Positions 38,967-49,875 of a stretch of 64,000 nt of DNA are shown here, in pieces; positions within the stretch are counted from its first letter, which is position 1; every line of letters begins with the position of its first letter. Made by a program: the position numbers and the translations under genes. Below the pieces are notes generated by a model, which saw only the letters and a program-made list of their open reading frames with translations, was not told the DNA's origin and did no database searches. Origin of the DNA: Chitinophagaceae bacterium (GTDB taxonomy: Bacteria > Bacteroidota > Bacteroidia > Chitinophagales > Chitinophagaceae); assembly GCA_041392835.1 (NCBI GenBank), contig JAWKLF010000003.1:185786-249785 (forward strand), in the 5' to 3' direction.

Positions 38967-40018
38967 GATTGTAAGAGGTAAGTTTCAATGGTTAGGCCTG
39001 GCCCAAAAGCGGCCGCAAAAACAAGCTTTTCCTTCTCAATTTTTTTGTGCATTTCTTCTAATAAAAATCCTATAGTAACAGATGACATATTACCATAGTC
39101 ATTTAAAATCTGATATGAAAATTTTAAATCTTCATCACTTAAATTTTCGGCTTTTTGTATTTCGCTTAAAATTTTTTTGCCACCTGGGTGTATGGCCCAA
39201 TAAACAATATCACTTTTTGTAAACCTTGTTTTAGATAACAGTTTTTCTATAGCTGGCTCCATACATGGAGCAATTAAATTGGGCACTAAATTAGAAAGCG
39301 ACATCTGAAATCCAGAATTGCTAAGTTGCCATGTCATATCTTGATGCCCTTGATAAGACAAATAAGATTGTGATTCTTTTAATTCATATAATCCTTTTTG
39401 ATTGGAAATCAATAAGGCGCAAGCACCATCTCCAAAGAGCAAAGAAGAAGCTACATTTTCAAGCGTATAGGTGTCTTGAAAATGAAGTGTACATAATTCT
39501 ACATCTGCTATTAAAACCTTGCTCGAAACATTAGCTTTACATATTGCATCAGCCATTTTAAGCGCATGAAGTAGTGCATAGCACCCCATAAAATTTACTG
39601 AAGTCCTTTCTATATACGTACTTAATCCAAGCCTATGGGCAATGCTAATATCCAAACCTGGTGCCGCTAAGCCTGTGCAACTTACAGTAATCAAATGTGT
39701 AATATTGTTTAAATCTTCTTGTTGTATACAGTTCTCAATGGCTTCAATAGCTAATGCAGGAGCATGTTCAAAAAAAGCACGCATTCTTTCATTTGTATCT
39801 GGCATATTATTTTTTTTATAAAAACCAGTTGAAGCCTCGTGTTGAAACTCATCGATGCACGAATATCTTTTTTCTATTTTACAATTTTCATATAGTCGAT
39901 GAATTTTTGGAATATCCTCTGCAGGTGCATTATACATGGCTAACATGTAGTGTACAGTTTCTTTTTGTAAAAAAGGGTATTTTGCTTTTGCTGTTCCGAT
40001 TGATTGAATATATGCCAA
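38960..40018 (-). CDS. type III polyketide synthase (chalcone/stilbene synthase family)
   Basis: 352 aa. Catalytic Cys (NFMGCYALLHAL), His (WAIHPGGKKIL) and Asn (YGNMSSVTI). TTG start. Confidence 0.85.
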   Translation of the reverse strand: MAYIQSIGTAKAKYPFLQKETVHYMLAMYNAPAEDIPKIHRLYENCKIEKRYSCIDEFQHEASTGFYKKNNMPDTNERMRAFFEHAPALAIEAIENCIQQEDLNNITHLITVSCTGLAAPGLDISIAHRLGLSTYIERTSVNFMGCYALLHALKMADAICKANVSSKVLIADVELCTLHFQDTYTLENVASSLLFGDGACALLISNQKGLYELKESQSYLSYQGHQDMTWQLSNSGFQMSLSNLVPNLIAPCMEPAIEKLLSKTRFTKSDIVYWAIHPGGKKILSEIQKAENLSDEDLKFSYQILNDYGNMSSVTIGFLLEEMHKKIEKEKLVFAAAFGPGLTIETYLLQSC

Positions 40019-40059
40019 GGTCTTTATTTATTCTGTTTGTCGAATGTAGTATAAAAAAC

Positions 40060-40920
40060 TTACGTTTTTAAAACAATTAATAAAGAAAAAATACTAATCA
40101 TACAGACAGCAGAAATAATATTCATGAACATGGTGTGTTTAAAATCAGCTTGGGAATTGTTTTTTTCTACTTGATAAAACCAATAAAAGAAATAAACTAT
40201 AACGGGGATTTGCCCAAAGCTATAAACAATACAGGTTATCAAATGATGATGCAAACCATGATAAAACAAAAAGATACTACTTGCTATAAAAAATAACATT
40301 CCAGAAAATAGAAAAGTGCCTTTGTATCCAAGGATATAGCTAAGTGTGATGACATCATCCTGTTGGTCTTGTTCATGCTGATAAATTTGACTTAGTGGAT
40401 ACATGCTGCCAATAAAAAAAGAAGCATTGAAGGCGAGTAAAAGTAAAATGTCTTTTAGCGCAATCCCCATTGCCAACTGTACCAATATAAATATCCAAAG
40501 TCCTTGAAAAATAAAAACAGTTAGGAAGCCTACGTATGGATATTTTTTTAACCGGATTTTTCTATAGCTATACAATCTTGAAAATACGATATAAATAAAT
40601 ATCCCAATAGAAATTAATATACCTAAATACAAGGCACTAATAGCTATAGCTAAAAAGTCAAAAAGCAATGTAATCCAGTATAAATGTTTTGATGGGGGTA
40701 ATGGTTTTTTAATTAAACCTATACTTTCCAAATCTCTATCTTGCAAAGAGTTGTATGCATTGCTTGATGGATAAACAAGCATATGTAAAATAAAAAATAG
40801 CGTGTAAATATTAGAATTTAGGTTTTGAAAATTTGCTTGGCTTTCAAACAGTGCATATAAAAATACAGGCATCAACAACACAGAAAAAGGAAAACGAAGA
40901 TGTTGTATGATTGATTTCAT
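40060..40920 (-). CDS. UbiA-family aromatic prenyltransferase
   Basis: 286 aa, polytopic. Asp-rich motifs NAYNSLQDRD and YQHEQDQQDD. Confidence 0.7.
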   Translation of the reverse strand: MKSIIQHLRFPFSVLLMPVFLYALFESQANFQNLNSNIYTLFFILHMLVYPSSNAYNSLQDRDLESIGLIKKPLPPSKHLYWITLLFDFLAIAISALYLGILISIGIFIYIVFSRLYSYRKIRLKKYPYVGFLTVFIFQGLWIFILVQLAMGIALKDILLLLAFNASFFIGSMYPLSQIYQHEQDQQDDVITLSYILGYKGTFLFSGMLFFIASSIFLFYHGLHHHLITCIVYSFGQIPVIVYFFYWFYQVEKNNSQADFKHTMFMNIISAVCMISIFSLLIVLKT

Positions 40921-41065
40921 GTTAAGATAATAAAAGGCCCTGCTTACAAATGTATATTTGATTTAGTCAAGTTGTATTCTATTTTATTCAATTGAATCGA
41001 TAATTGAATATGTTTTTTTAAAATGAATAAACATTAAATAAAATAAATACGTCTATATATATTAC

Positions 41066-43114
41066 TTAGTATGCCAATAATGCACCAATGGCAACACTTA
41101 CTTTGGAGGCATTGGGCAACATGGCTTCTTCAAGATGAATATTCATGGGTACAGCAGGTACATTGAGTGCGCCTATGGTTTTTACTGGTGCATCCAGCTG
41201 ATAAAAACAAGCCTGTTGTATTCTACATGCCAATGCTTCAGCAAAAGAATTTCGCAAAGACTCCTCAGTCAAGACTAAACATTTTCCATGGCGTTTTACT
41301 GTTTCAAATACAAGCTCTTCATCTAAAGGATATATTGTTCTCAAATCAATAATTTCCACTTGATTTGGAAAAGTTGTGGCAGCATTTTTTGCCCAATGCA
41401 CTCCCATGCCGTAAGTTATAATACATATAGAATTACCCTCATCAATATGGTCTTGCGAAGCTTGTAAAATACTCAAACCTTTGCCGAATGGCAAAATATA
41501 ATCTTTGTCTGGTTCTGTAGTTTTGGCCTCTTCAGTACCTGGTACTTTACTCCAATAGAGTCCTTTGTGTTCTAACATAACTACAGGATTTGGATCATAA
41601 AAAGCTGCTTTTAGTAAACCTTTCAAGTCGGCTGCATTACTCGGATAGGCTACCTTTATTCCTTTTATGTGTGCCAAAAGGCTTTCTACACTTCCGCTAT
41701 GATAAGGCCCGCCACCTCCATAAGCACCTATTGGCACTCTTAATATCATGTTGATAGGAAATTTACCGCAACTTAAATAGCATGATTTTGAAATTTCAGT
41801 TACTAACTGATTGATGCCAGGATAAATATAATCGGCAAATTGAACTTCTACGATAGGCTTAAGACCTACTGCACTCATGCCTATGGTACTACCAATGATA
41901 TATGCTTCTTGAATAGCAGTATTAAAAACTCTATTGTCGCCAAATTTATCGGCAAGTGTAGCTGCTTCTCTAAATACACCCCCTAAACGTTTGCCTACAT
42001 CTTGTCCATAAAATATACATTCAGGATGCTCGCGCATAATTTCTTCTATAGCATGCAAGGCGGCATCTACCATTACTACTTTTTCGCCTTGTGCAGGCAC
42101 TCTTATACCTTTTTCTTCTTGAATAGGAGTTTCTACAAAAACAAAATCTTCAACGCTAGATGGTAAAGGTTCTGCTGCTGCTACTGCTTCTTCAAATTCT
42201 CGTTTTATGAATGCTCTTTCTTCTTTTTCTATATTTTCTAATTCATCTATGCTAATACCAATACTGATTAGTTTTTCTTTTAGTTTTCGTACAGGATTGT
42301 TTTGTTCGTGTTTTGCTAAATCTTCTTCTCCTCTATACCATTCTTTTCGTACACCACTCGTATGGTGTCCTAAAAGTGGCACTATAGCATGTACTAAAAT
42401 TGGTTTTCTTTCATTTCGAACATAATGTATGGCATTTTCAATGCATTCATAACTTTTTTCAAAATCGCTTCCATCTACTTGTAGTCGTTCTATACCTTTG
42501 AAGCCTTCAATAAATTCGTAGGCATTCATAGTACGAGCTTCATAGCTACTAACACTTATACCCCAATCATTGTCTTCAACGAGATAAATAATTGGCAATT
42601 GTTTGAGTGCTGCAAATTGAAAGGCTTCGCTTACTTCGCCTTCAGTTACACTGCTATCGCCAAAACAGCAAACAACTACTGGTTTTTCATCTTCGGAGTT
42701 CCAGCCTGCTTGCTCTTTATATTGTATGCCTTGTGCTATGCCTGTGGTAGGTACAGCTTGCATGCCAGTAGCGCTACTTTGGTGTATAATTTTAGGATAT
42801 TGTTCTCGTTTGCTATTTGGATGATTGTAATACTCTCTACCTCCAGTAAAAGGATCATCAGCTTTTGCTAATAATTGCAACATCATTTCATAGGGTCGCC
42901 AGCCCATGCCCAACATAATGCTTTCATCGCGATAATAAGGGCTAACATAATCTTGTGGTTTTAATTGAAATCCTAAGGCTAACTGTATGGCTTCATGACC
43001 TCTTGAAGTACTATGTACATACTTGCATAGGGGTCTATTTTCTTCATAAATATCAGCCATTGCATTGGCAGTCATCATACATCTATAAGCCCTTGTGAGT
43101 AGTTTTTTATCCAT
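41066..43114 (-). CDS. fused 2-oxoacid dehydrogenase E1 component, alpha+beta (paralog of 18786..20762)
   Basis: 682 aa. TPP motif (GDSSVTEGEVSEAF...VEDNDWG) and a transketolase-like C-terminal half. Confidence 0.85.
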   Translation of the reverse strand: MDKKLLTRAYRCMMTANAMADIYEENRPLCKYVHSTSRGHEAIQLALGFQLKPQDYVSPYYRDESIMLGMGWRPYEMMLQLLAKADDPFTGGREYYNHPNSKREQYPKIIHQSSATGMQAVPTTGIAQGIQYKEQAGWNSEDEKPVVVCCFGDSSVTEGEVSEAFQFAALKQLPIIYLVEDNDWGISVSSYEARTMNAYEFIEGFKGIERLQVDGSDFEKSYECIENAIHYVRNERKPILVHAIVPLLGHHTSGVRKEWYRGEEDLAKHEQNNPVRKLKEKLISIGISIDELENIEKEERAFIKREFEEAVAAAEPLPSSVEDFVFVETPIQEEKGIRVPAQGEKVVMVDAALHAIEEIMREHPECIFYGQDVGKRLGGVFREAATLADKFGDNRVFNTAIQEAYIIGSTIGMSAVGLKPIVEVQFADYIYPGINQLVTEISKSCYLSCGKFPINMILRVPIGAYGGGGPYHSGSVESLLAHIKGIKVAYPSNAADLKGLLKAAFYDPNPVVMLEHKGLYWSKVPGTEEAKTTEPDKDYILPFGKGLSILQASQDHIDEGNSICIITYGMGVHWAKNAATTFPNQVEIIDLRTIYPLDEELVFETVKRHGKCLVLTEESLRNSFAEALACRIQQACFYQLDAPVKTIGALNVPAVPMNIHLEEAMLPNASKVSVAIGALLAY

Positions 43115-43258
43115 TTTTTGTAAAGTGCCAAAGATAGTATAAACAAACTAAATGCACTTTGAAGTGAGCATGCAACTTGAACCTATTTTTTGATAGTATA
43201 AATCAAATGATTTATCGAAATTCGTGAACATATAGAATAAAAAAATTATTTTTACTAC

Positions 43259-43936
43259 ATGAAGAAATTTTTTATCCCAGCACTTTTTATTGTTATGTGT
43301 ACTATTTTGGCGTGTGAACCTAACAAGGTAGATACTAATACTGGAAGATTGAGAGTTATAAATGCTTCTTACCTTTCGGGAGGAGTCAATATTTTTGCAG
43401 ATTATGAGCAGGTTTACAATACCGCTATTCAATATTTGAATTATAGTTTGTATAGAGATTATATAACTGGAAAACATTTGATAGATATACGCGATGTCAA
43501 CAATAATATTTTGGACACTGTCACGCTACAAATTGATTTTGAAAAATCCTATTCATTAATTGTATATGATTCGGCCAATACAATACAGCATAAAATTATT
43601 GATGATAATTATATAACCCCAAATGGCTCTATGGCAAAAGTTCGTTTTTTGCATTTATCAAATAATATGCCCAGTATTCATGTTTTAAGTTCTGGTTCTT
43701 TAGCTCCATTGGCTTCCAATTTGAATAATGGCGATTATACCTCATTTCAAGATATTCTTGCAGGTTTTCAAAACTTTAGCATTCAAGATGCTTCTACATC
43801 TCAAATAGTTTATACGCAGCCAAGTATAGAGTTGCATGCAGGTAAGTTTTATACAATGTATCTAAAAGGCAATTTAGGGTCTCTATCAGATGATAGTTTG
43901 GGCGTTTTTGTAATAGAAAACAATGCTGATTATTAA
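43259..43936 (+). CDS. DUF4397-like lipoprotein
   Basis: 225 aa. Lipobox ILACEPN. Repeated RLRVINAS / AKVRFLHLS strands typical of DUF4397. Confidence 0.65.
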   Translation: MKKFFIPALFIVMCTILACEPNKVDTNTGRLRVINASYLSGGVNIFADYEQVYNTAIQYLNYSLYRDYITGKHLIDIRDVNNNILDTVTLQIDFEKSYSLIVYDSANTIQHKIIDDNYITPNGSMAKVRFLHLSNNMPSIHVLSSGSLAPLASNLNNGDYTSFQDILAGFQNFSIQDASTSQIVYTQPSIELHAGKFYTMYLKGNLGSLSDDSLGVFVIENNADY

Positions 43937-46362
43937 TAGACAACTATACCTCCCCAATTTTCGCCACATTCATTCACTATTTTTCCACGCTCTGTCAGTA
44001 CTACTTGATTTTTGTCTTTGACATATATTTTTTTTCCTTTGGCCATGTGTAATACACAATCTATCGTGAGTGTTTTACAGTTTTTTATTTTTATATCTTC
44101 ATGACAAGTCATTTCGTCTATTTTTTTTGATAGCCTATATGTAGTATTTTTTTTAATGAGAATTTGTTTTGGTTTTTTTATTAAAGGTAAGTCGCTTTCC
44201 CAAAGTCCTCTGCCATAAGAAGATACTATTATTTTTCCTCTACAATAATTAATGTCAATTTCAGTTATAATAGATTTTGGTAAATTATTTCCCCATAAAA
44301 CCCAAGGTGTAAATTCATTTTCTTTAAAAAAAATACCCATAGGGCTTGCAGCTAAGAGCGATCCAGAACTACCTTCAATATATTTAATATCAGCTATCGC
44401 AAAAGGAGATAGGCCAGCAGATTGGTTAGTCCATGTTTTGCCTCCATCGCTACTATAAATAATTCGTAAGCCACTATGGCAAAAACTATTATAATTACTC
44501 ATATAGCCAAACCCAAGCCACACTTCGTTTTCATTGTATGGAGATATACAAATAGAATGGATTCTATTGAGCTCAGTAGATTGTCCATCTACTAAAATAT
44601 TTTTTGGAAAATGTTCAAATGTTCTACCTCCATCGCTACTTTTTGCTAATCCGCTCCACAAACCAGATATATATATAAGCTGACTATTAGTAGGCGCTAC
44701 TGCCATGGCTAATATATCGTGTTCAAAAACAGTTTGTGAAGTTATCCAACGGCTACTATCTCTATAGAGAATATTTACTTTATTATCTGCAAAGTAAAAG
44801 TGTCCTTCATGATGCGCATACAGATTACTCGTATTGACACCTTTGTGCGAAACGCTCAAATTGCTACTTTTAGTAAATGGTACTTTGTCGTTAAATGTAT
44901 ATTGATTTGTCAAAAAGTTATATTGCCCTATAGCCCAGCCAGGTGTGGTTTGTGAATATGCTACATCATATCCATCGCCTTGATTTTCAAAATACCATTT
45001 CTTTATTTTGGGGTCATAACTCATAATAGAATTGTCTTGTGCACCAGCACTTATGATGCCCGAAAAAGGAGAAGAGCCTAAACCATAAAATTGTGTAATG
45101 GATAGCGATTGCCCGTTTAAACTTACAAATGATTCGCCCCCATTCTTACTATAAGACAAGCCTCCGTCGGTACATAGATAGAGCTCATCATGTTCGCCAT
45201 TTTTGCTTGCTTTGCTTATTTGCATATATCGAATATCAGCGTGTGGCACATGGTTAGCACCATAACTATAGCTATACATAGCACGAAATGTTTTGCCACT
45301 ATCTAAAGATTTATATAATAGATTGCCAGCAAAATAAACAATGGCAGGGTTTGCCGGATTGACGCAAAGTCCATGACGCCAAAAAATACTTTCCTGACTA
45401 ACAGCACTACCTCGTTGCTGTATGACATGAGTAATTTGTTCGGTCGCAAAATCCAAAGTATAAAAATTAGTATGTGAACTGTTTTGATAGCTACGTTGAA
45501 TAATTCCTTGAGTCTTATTGAAACCGACCAATTTAAATACAGAAGTATTAGTTTGTGTCATTGCATCATCGCTCTTTTTAACCTGAGTTGTTATTTTATT
45601 TATTTCTGGATTGCTTTCAAAATTTGTAATTCTTATGATGTCGCACTCATTTTTATAACTATTTTTATTAGCGATTTTGGTGTCGTGCGTAAGTGTTGTA
45701 AAGTATAATGATTTAGTAATCTCATTGTATAAGATGGAATTGATTTTATAGTCATTGTTTTCATAAAAATCAGGATAAAGTTTTATTGAAAATAATTTAG
45801 ACCAATGTTCGCCATCATCTTGTGAGTAGAGAATGTCTTTGGGCGTATGTGCAAACCATAGCGAGCTATCAGCAGACAAAGAAAAATGTTGAACTTCTTC
45901 ATACAAAATACTTTTTTCATCTTCTATTGGTAAACTATTTTTCCATGTTAAGCCGCCATCATAGCTTCTAAATATACCAAGCGTAGGAAAGTCAAACCAA
46001 ATTTCTGAAGCGCCTGTTGCTATTGTAATCGTATATGGTTTTTTTGAATAATCTACAATTAAATCATTTACACCTATGATGGGATAATCTATAGCATCTG
46101 TTAAACATGACCAATGCTGACCTCTATCTATAGTGTGGAACAACCCGCCAGTAAAAGACCCAATAAAAATTTCAGAAGAATTGTTAGGATTTACAGATAC
46201 ACATTTGAGTGCGCCTTGATATTGATTGCCAATTTCTTCTTCAGTATTTGTAGGACCTAAATAATCCCATTGAACATCTTGATTGATTTGTAAACACGAT
46301 GATACTTTTTGAGCATTCGATAAAAAAGGTATCAATAACAAGTATACTATAAAGTACTTCAT
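43933..46362 (-). CDS. secreted BNR/Asp-box repeat protein (sialidase-fold-like)
   Basis: ORF trimmed to ATG 46362 (MKYFIVYLLLIPFLSNAQ). Multiple Asp-boxes: SYDGGLTW, SQDDGEHW, SLDSGKTF, SKNGGESF, SSDGGRTF, SSDGGKTW. Confidence 0.7.
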   Translation of the reverse strand: MKYFIVYLLLIPFLSNAQKVSSCLQINQDVQWDYLGPTNTEEEIGNQYQGALKCVSVNPNNSSEIFIGSFTGGLFHTIDRGQHWSCLTDAIDYPIIGVNDLIVDYSKKPYTITIATGASEIWFDFPTLGIFRSYDGGLTWKNSLPIEDEKSILYEEVQHFSLSADSSLWFAHTPKDILYSQDDGEHWSKLFSIKLYPDFYENNDYKINSILYNEITKSLYFTTLTHDTKIANKNSYKNECDIIRITNFESNPEINKITTQVKKSDDAMTQTNTSVFKLVGFNKTQGIIQRSYQNSSHTNFYTLDFATEQITHVIQQRGSAVSQESIFWRHGLCVNPANPAIVYFAGNLLYKSLDSGKTFRAMYSYSYGANHVPHADIRYMQISKASKNGEHDELYLCTDGGLSYSKNGGESFVSLNGQSLSITQFYGLGSSPFSGIISAGAQDNSIMSYDPKIKKWYFENQGDGYDVAYSQTTPGWAIGQYNFLTNQYTFNDKVPFTKSSNLSVSHKGVNTSNLYAHHEGHFYFADNKVNILYRDSSRWITSQTVFEHDILAMAVAPTNSQLIYISGLWSGLAKSSDGGRTFEHFPKNILVDGQSTELNRIHSICISPYNENEVWLGFGYMSNYNSFCHSGLRIIYSSDGGKTWTNQSAGLSPFAIADIKYIEGSSGSLLAASPMGIFFKENEFTPWVLWGNNLPKSIITEIDINYCRGKIIVSSYGRGLWESDLPLIKKPKQILIKKNTTYRLSKKIDEMTCHEDIKIKNCKTLTIDCVLHMAKGKKIYVKDKNQVVLTERGKIVNECGENWGGIVVY

Positions 46363-46444
46363 TCGTAAAATTACTTTATTCGAGCAAGATATTAAATTCA
46401 TTCGTTTAGTTTTTTTCTAATATTTTTGATTTTTTTACAACGCA

Positions 46445-47215
46445 ATGAATACAATACCCAAATGGCTTGAACGAACAGCTTTATTAGTAAGTGATAAAGG
46501 CATCGATACCTTAAAAAATAAACATGTACTCATAGTAGGCTTAGGTGGTGTTGGGAGTTTTGCTGCCGAATTTATAGCACGCTCAGGTGTTGGTCATATG
46601 ACAATAGTAGATGGTGATACTGTAGATATTACAAATACCAACAGGCAATTGCAAGCTATGCATAGTACAGTAGGAGTTAGTAAAGCCGAGTGGTTGGAAA
46701 AAAGAATAAGAGATATAAACCCTGAAATCAATTTAATAAGCATTAATCAATTTATAAATCCAGAAGAAACAATAGCCTTAGTCAACAGTCAGCCATTTGA
46801 ATATGTTTTGGATTGTATAGATTCTATAACGCCCAAACTTTTATTGATAAAAGCTGCCAAAGCCAAAGGTTGTAAAATTATTAGTAGCATGGGTGCCGGT
46901 GGCAAAGTAGATCCGACACGTATTCAATATGCTGATTTGTCCAAAACACACATGTGTCCATTTGCTTTTTATATTCGTAAGCGATTGCGAAAAGAAGAAG
47001 TTTTTGATAATGTTATGACAGTATTTTCGGATGAACCTCCAGCAAGAGAATCCATAAAAGAAACAGATGGTACTAATTATAAACGTTCTTTTTATGGTAC
47101 CATATCTTATATTCCTGCATTGTTTGGTTTGTATATGGCTAGTTGGGTTATACAGGATGCTTTGGGAATTTTTAAGTACACGGCTGCTTGTAAACCCAAA
47201 CCTCGAAAAAAATAA
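46445..47215 (+). CDS. tcdA: tRNA threonylcarbamoyladenosine dehydratase (ThiF-family, TcdA/CsdL)
   Basis: 256 aa. VGLGGVGSFAAEFIARSG nucleotide-binding loop, DGDTVDITNTNRQ. Confidence 0.8.
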   Translation: MNTIPKWLERTALLVSDKGIDTLKNKHVLIVGLGGVGSFAAEFIARSGVGHMTIVDGDTVDITNTNRQLQAMHSTVGVSKAEWLEKRIRDINPEINLISINQFINPEETIALVNSQPFEYVLDCIDSITPKLLLIKAAKAKGCKIISSMGAGGKVDPTRIQYADLSKTHMCPFAFYIRKRLRKEEVFDNVMTVFSDEPPARESIKETDGTNYKRSFYGTISYIPALFGLYMASWVIQDALGIFKYTAACKPKPRKK

Positions 47216-47821
47216 TCATATAACGTGTACCAAAAAGAGGGATTCATTTTCTATAAATCCTTGCAATACATCGCCTTTGGCTATAGGGCCTACACCGTGT
47301 GGCGTACCAGTAAAAAGTATATCATCTTTTTGTAATGTAAAATAAACAGACAATTCGCATATCATTTGTTCAAATGAATAAATCATCAATTCACTGTTAC
47401 CTTCTTGTTTGAGTATATCATTTTGATAAAAAGAAAAAGCAAATGGTTTCTTTTTATCTTCAAATGTTTTCCAATCTCCTAATATAGCAGCACCATCAAA
47501 ACCTTTAGCAATATCCCAAGGGAGTCCTTTTTCTTTTAATCTTTGCTGCAAATCTCGAGCTGTAAAGTCTATGCCTAAGGTATAGGCATCATAAAAAGTG
47601 TTGGCTTCTTCTAAGGTAGTAGCCTTGCCACTTTTTCCTATGCGAAGTACTAACTCACATTCATAGTGTATATCCTTAGTAAATGTGGGGTATTCAAATG
47701 CTTGTCCTTTGGGTAAAATACTCGATATTGGTTTTGAAAAAATAACGGGAGATGAAGGTATCTCATTTTTTAGTTCTTCAATATGCGCTACATAATTTCG
47801 ACCTATACAATAAATGCTCAT
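47216..47821 (-). CDS. fumarylacetoacetate hydrolase family protein
   Basis: 201 aa. CIGRNY.AH, ECELV and FTGTPHGVGP motifs. Confidence 0.85.
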   Translation of the reverse strand: MSIYCIGRNYVAHIEELKNEIPSSPVIFSKPISSILPKGQAFEYPTFTKDIHYECELVLRIGKSGKATTLEEANTFYDAYTLGIDFTARDLQQRLKEKGLPWDIAKGFDGAAILGDWKTFEDKKKPFAFSFYQNDILKQEGNSELMIYSFEQMICELSVYFTLQKDDILFTGTPHGVGPIAKGDVLQGFIENESLFLVHVI

Positions 47822-48393
47822 AAACTATATTTTTTTTGATTGTATAAATTCATTGTGCGACTTAAACCTATGGTGCAAAAAGATTCTATAATTTCTACAC
47901 AAGCTTGCACTTTAATATTGACTAAGGGTATTTCATCGTCTTTCCATTTTCCTAAAACATAGTCAACTTGTTTGCCTTTGGCAAAGCGATTGCCTATTCC
48001 AAATCTTAGTTTTGGATATGCTTTAGTTCCTATAGATTCTTCTATGCTTTTAAGACCATTGTGCCCTCCACTGCTTCCGCTTTCTCTTATTTTTAGTGTG
48101 TCTAAGTCAAAGGCCAAATCATCAACTATCGTTAATGTATTTACTATAGATATTTTTTCTTTATCCATCCAATATTTAAAAGCTCTGCCGCTCAAATTCA
48201 TATAAGTAGATGGTTTGATTAAGAGAAGTGTTCTCCCTTTGTATTTCATTTCGCATACATCGGCTAAGCGGTCAGTTCTAAAATGGGCTTCATGTTTATT
48301 GGCCAACACATCAACTACATCAAAGCCAATATTATGCCGTGTTTCTACATATTCAAATCCTATATTACCAAGTCCTACAATCAGATATTTCAT
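47818..48393 (-). CDS. pth: peptidyl-tRNA hydrolase
   Basis: 191 aa. MKYLIVGLGNIGFEYVETRHNIGF and GGHNGLKS. Confidence 0.9.
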   Translation of the reverse strand: MKYLIVGLGNIGFEYVETRHNIGFDVVDVLANKHEAHFRTDRLADVCEMKYKGRTLLLIKPSTYMNLSGRAFKYWMDKEKISIVNTLTIVDDLAFDLDTLKIRESGSSGGHNGLKSIEESIGTKAYPKLRFGIGNRFAKGKQVDYVLGKWKDDEIPLVNIKVQACVEIIESFCTIGLSRTMNLYNQKKYSL

Positions 48394-48412
48394 GTGTTAG
48401 CATTCATCTTGT

Positions 48413-49822
48413 TTAGTTGTCTATGATTTCACCACGCAGCGTGCCCGATGTACAAGAGTTAATCTGAACTCGTATATATTGATTTTTTTCAGCATGTTTT
48501 TTTGGAAATATAACCATCTTATTGTTATCAGAACGACCACACCATTCATCTTCATTTTTCTTAGAAGGCCCTTCTACCAATACATCTAAAATTTTTCCAA
48601 TTTCTTTAATATTACTCTCATTGCTATGTTCTCTATGTATAGCAATAATTTCATTGAGCCTGCTCATTTTTACTTCTTGAGGTATATCATCTTTATAGCG
48701 ACGGGCTGCCAATGTGCCTGGGCGTTCGCTATAGCCAAACATATAAGCCAAGTCAAATTTTACTTCCTGCATTACAGCTATCGTTTCTTGATGATCGTCT
48801 TCCGTTTCGCCACAAAATCCGGTTATAATATCAGTACTAATACCACAATCAGGAATAATTTCTCGAATGCGTTTTACTTTGTGTAAATACCATTCTTTTG
48901 TATAAGTACGATTCATTTGTTGTAATATACGAGTACTACCACTTTGCAAAGGCAGATGAATATAATTGCAAATATTTTTATACTTTGCCATGGTGTATAA
49001 CACATCGTCTGTTATATCTTTTGGATGTGATGTGCTAAACCGTATTCTTAAAAGCGGACTAATTAAAGCTACTTTTTCCAACAACTGCGCAAAAGTTACT
49101 ATCTCATTTCCATCTTCACGTTGCCATCTGTAGCTGTCTACATTTTGACCCAATAAGGTAATTTCTCTGTAGCCATCTTCAAACAATTGTTTTGATTCGG
49201 CTACTATAGAATAGGCATCTCTGCTTCGTTCTCTCCCTCTAGTAAATGGTACAACACAAAAACTGCACATATTATTACAACCTCGCATAATACTTACAAA
49301 GCTGCTAACACCATTTGCATCCAAACGTATAGGGCTTATATCGCCATAGGTTTCTTCTCTACTAAGCAATACATTTACCGCTTTTTGCCCACCATGTGCT
49401 TCGGCTATTAAATTGGGTAAGGAGCGGTATGCATCTGGGCCTATTACTATATCTACCAGTTGTTCTTCTTCTAACAAATTTTCTTTAAGGCGTTCAGCCA
49501 TGCAACCTAATATGCCTATTAGGAGTTTTTTATTTCTTCGTTTTATACCTTTAAAATGCTTTAGTCTATGTCGTATCGTTTGTTCTGCTTTTTCGCGAAT
49601 AGAACATGTATTGATTAAAATCAAATCGGCATTTTCAGGATTTGTCGTAGAGCCATAATTATTTTCATGCAAAATAGAAGCAACAATTTCACTATCATTA
49701 AAATTCATAGCGCAACCATAGCTTTCTATATAATATTTTTGATCTGCATCGTCATTGATAAATGATTGTACAGATTGGCCTTGTTTACTTTCGTCAATAT
49801 GTTTTTGAGGTATATCTAACAT
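48413..49822 (-). CDS. miaB: tRNA-2-methylthio-N6-dimethylallyladenosine synthase MiaB
   Basis: ORF trimmed to ATG 49822. UPF0004 domain ([10 protein letters not shown]), radical-SAM [11 protein letters not shown] and a TRAM C-terminus. Confidence 0.9.
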   Translation of the reverse strand: MLDIPQKHIDESKQGQSVQSFINDDADQKYYIESYGCAMNFNDSEIVASILHENNYGSTTNPENADLILINTCSIREKAEQTIRHRLKHFKGIKRRNKKLLIGILGCMAERLKENLLEEEQLVDIVIGPDAYRSLPNLIAEAHGGQKAVNVLLSREETYGDISPIRLDANGVSSFVSIMRGCNNMCSFCVVPFTRGRERSRDAYSIVAESKQLFEDGYREITLLGQNVDSYRWQREDGNEIVTFAQLLEKVALISPLLRIRFSTSHPKDITDDVLYTMAKYKNICNYIHLPLQSGSTRILQQMNRTYTKEWYLHKVKRIREIIPDCGISTDIITGFCGETEDDHQETIAVMQEVKFDLAYMFGYSERPGTLAARRYKDDIPQEVKMSRLNEIIAIHREHSNESNIKEIGKILDVLVEGPSKKNEDEWCGRSDNNKMVIFPKKHAEKNQYIRVQINSCTSGTLRGEIIDN

Positions 49823-49875
49823 GTTTTTTGAAATGTTTGCAAATTTACACAATAAATTTGTCTATATTACTAACT

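Noticed and set aside
43148-43477. 109-aa minus-strand ORF overlapping the start of the DUF4397 lipoprotein gene. Similar edge ORFs occur at 3366..3548, 1467..1664 and 6713..7039.
   Set aside because: They have low-complexity composition and no motifs. They overlap better-supported genes or lie in regions with repeat or terminator signals.
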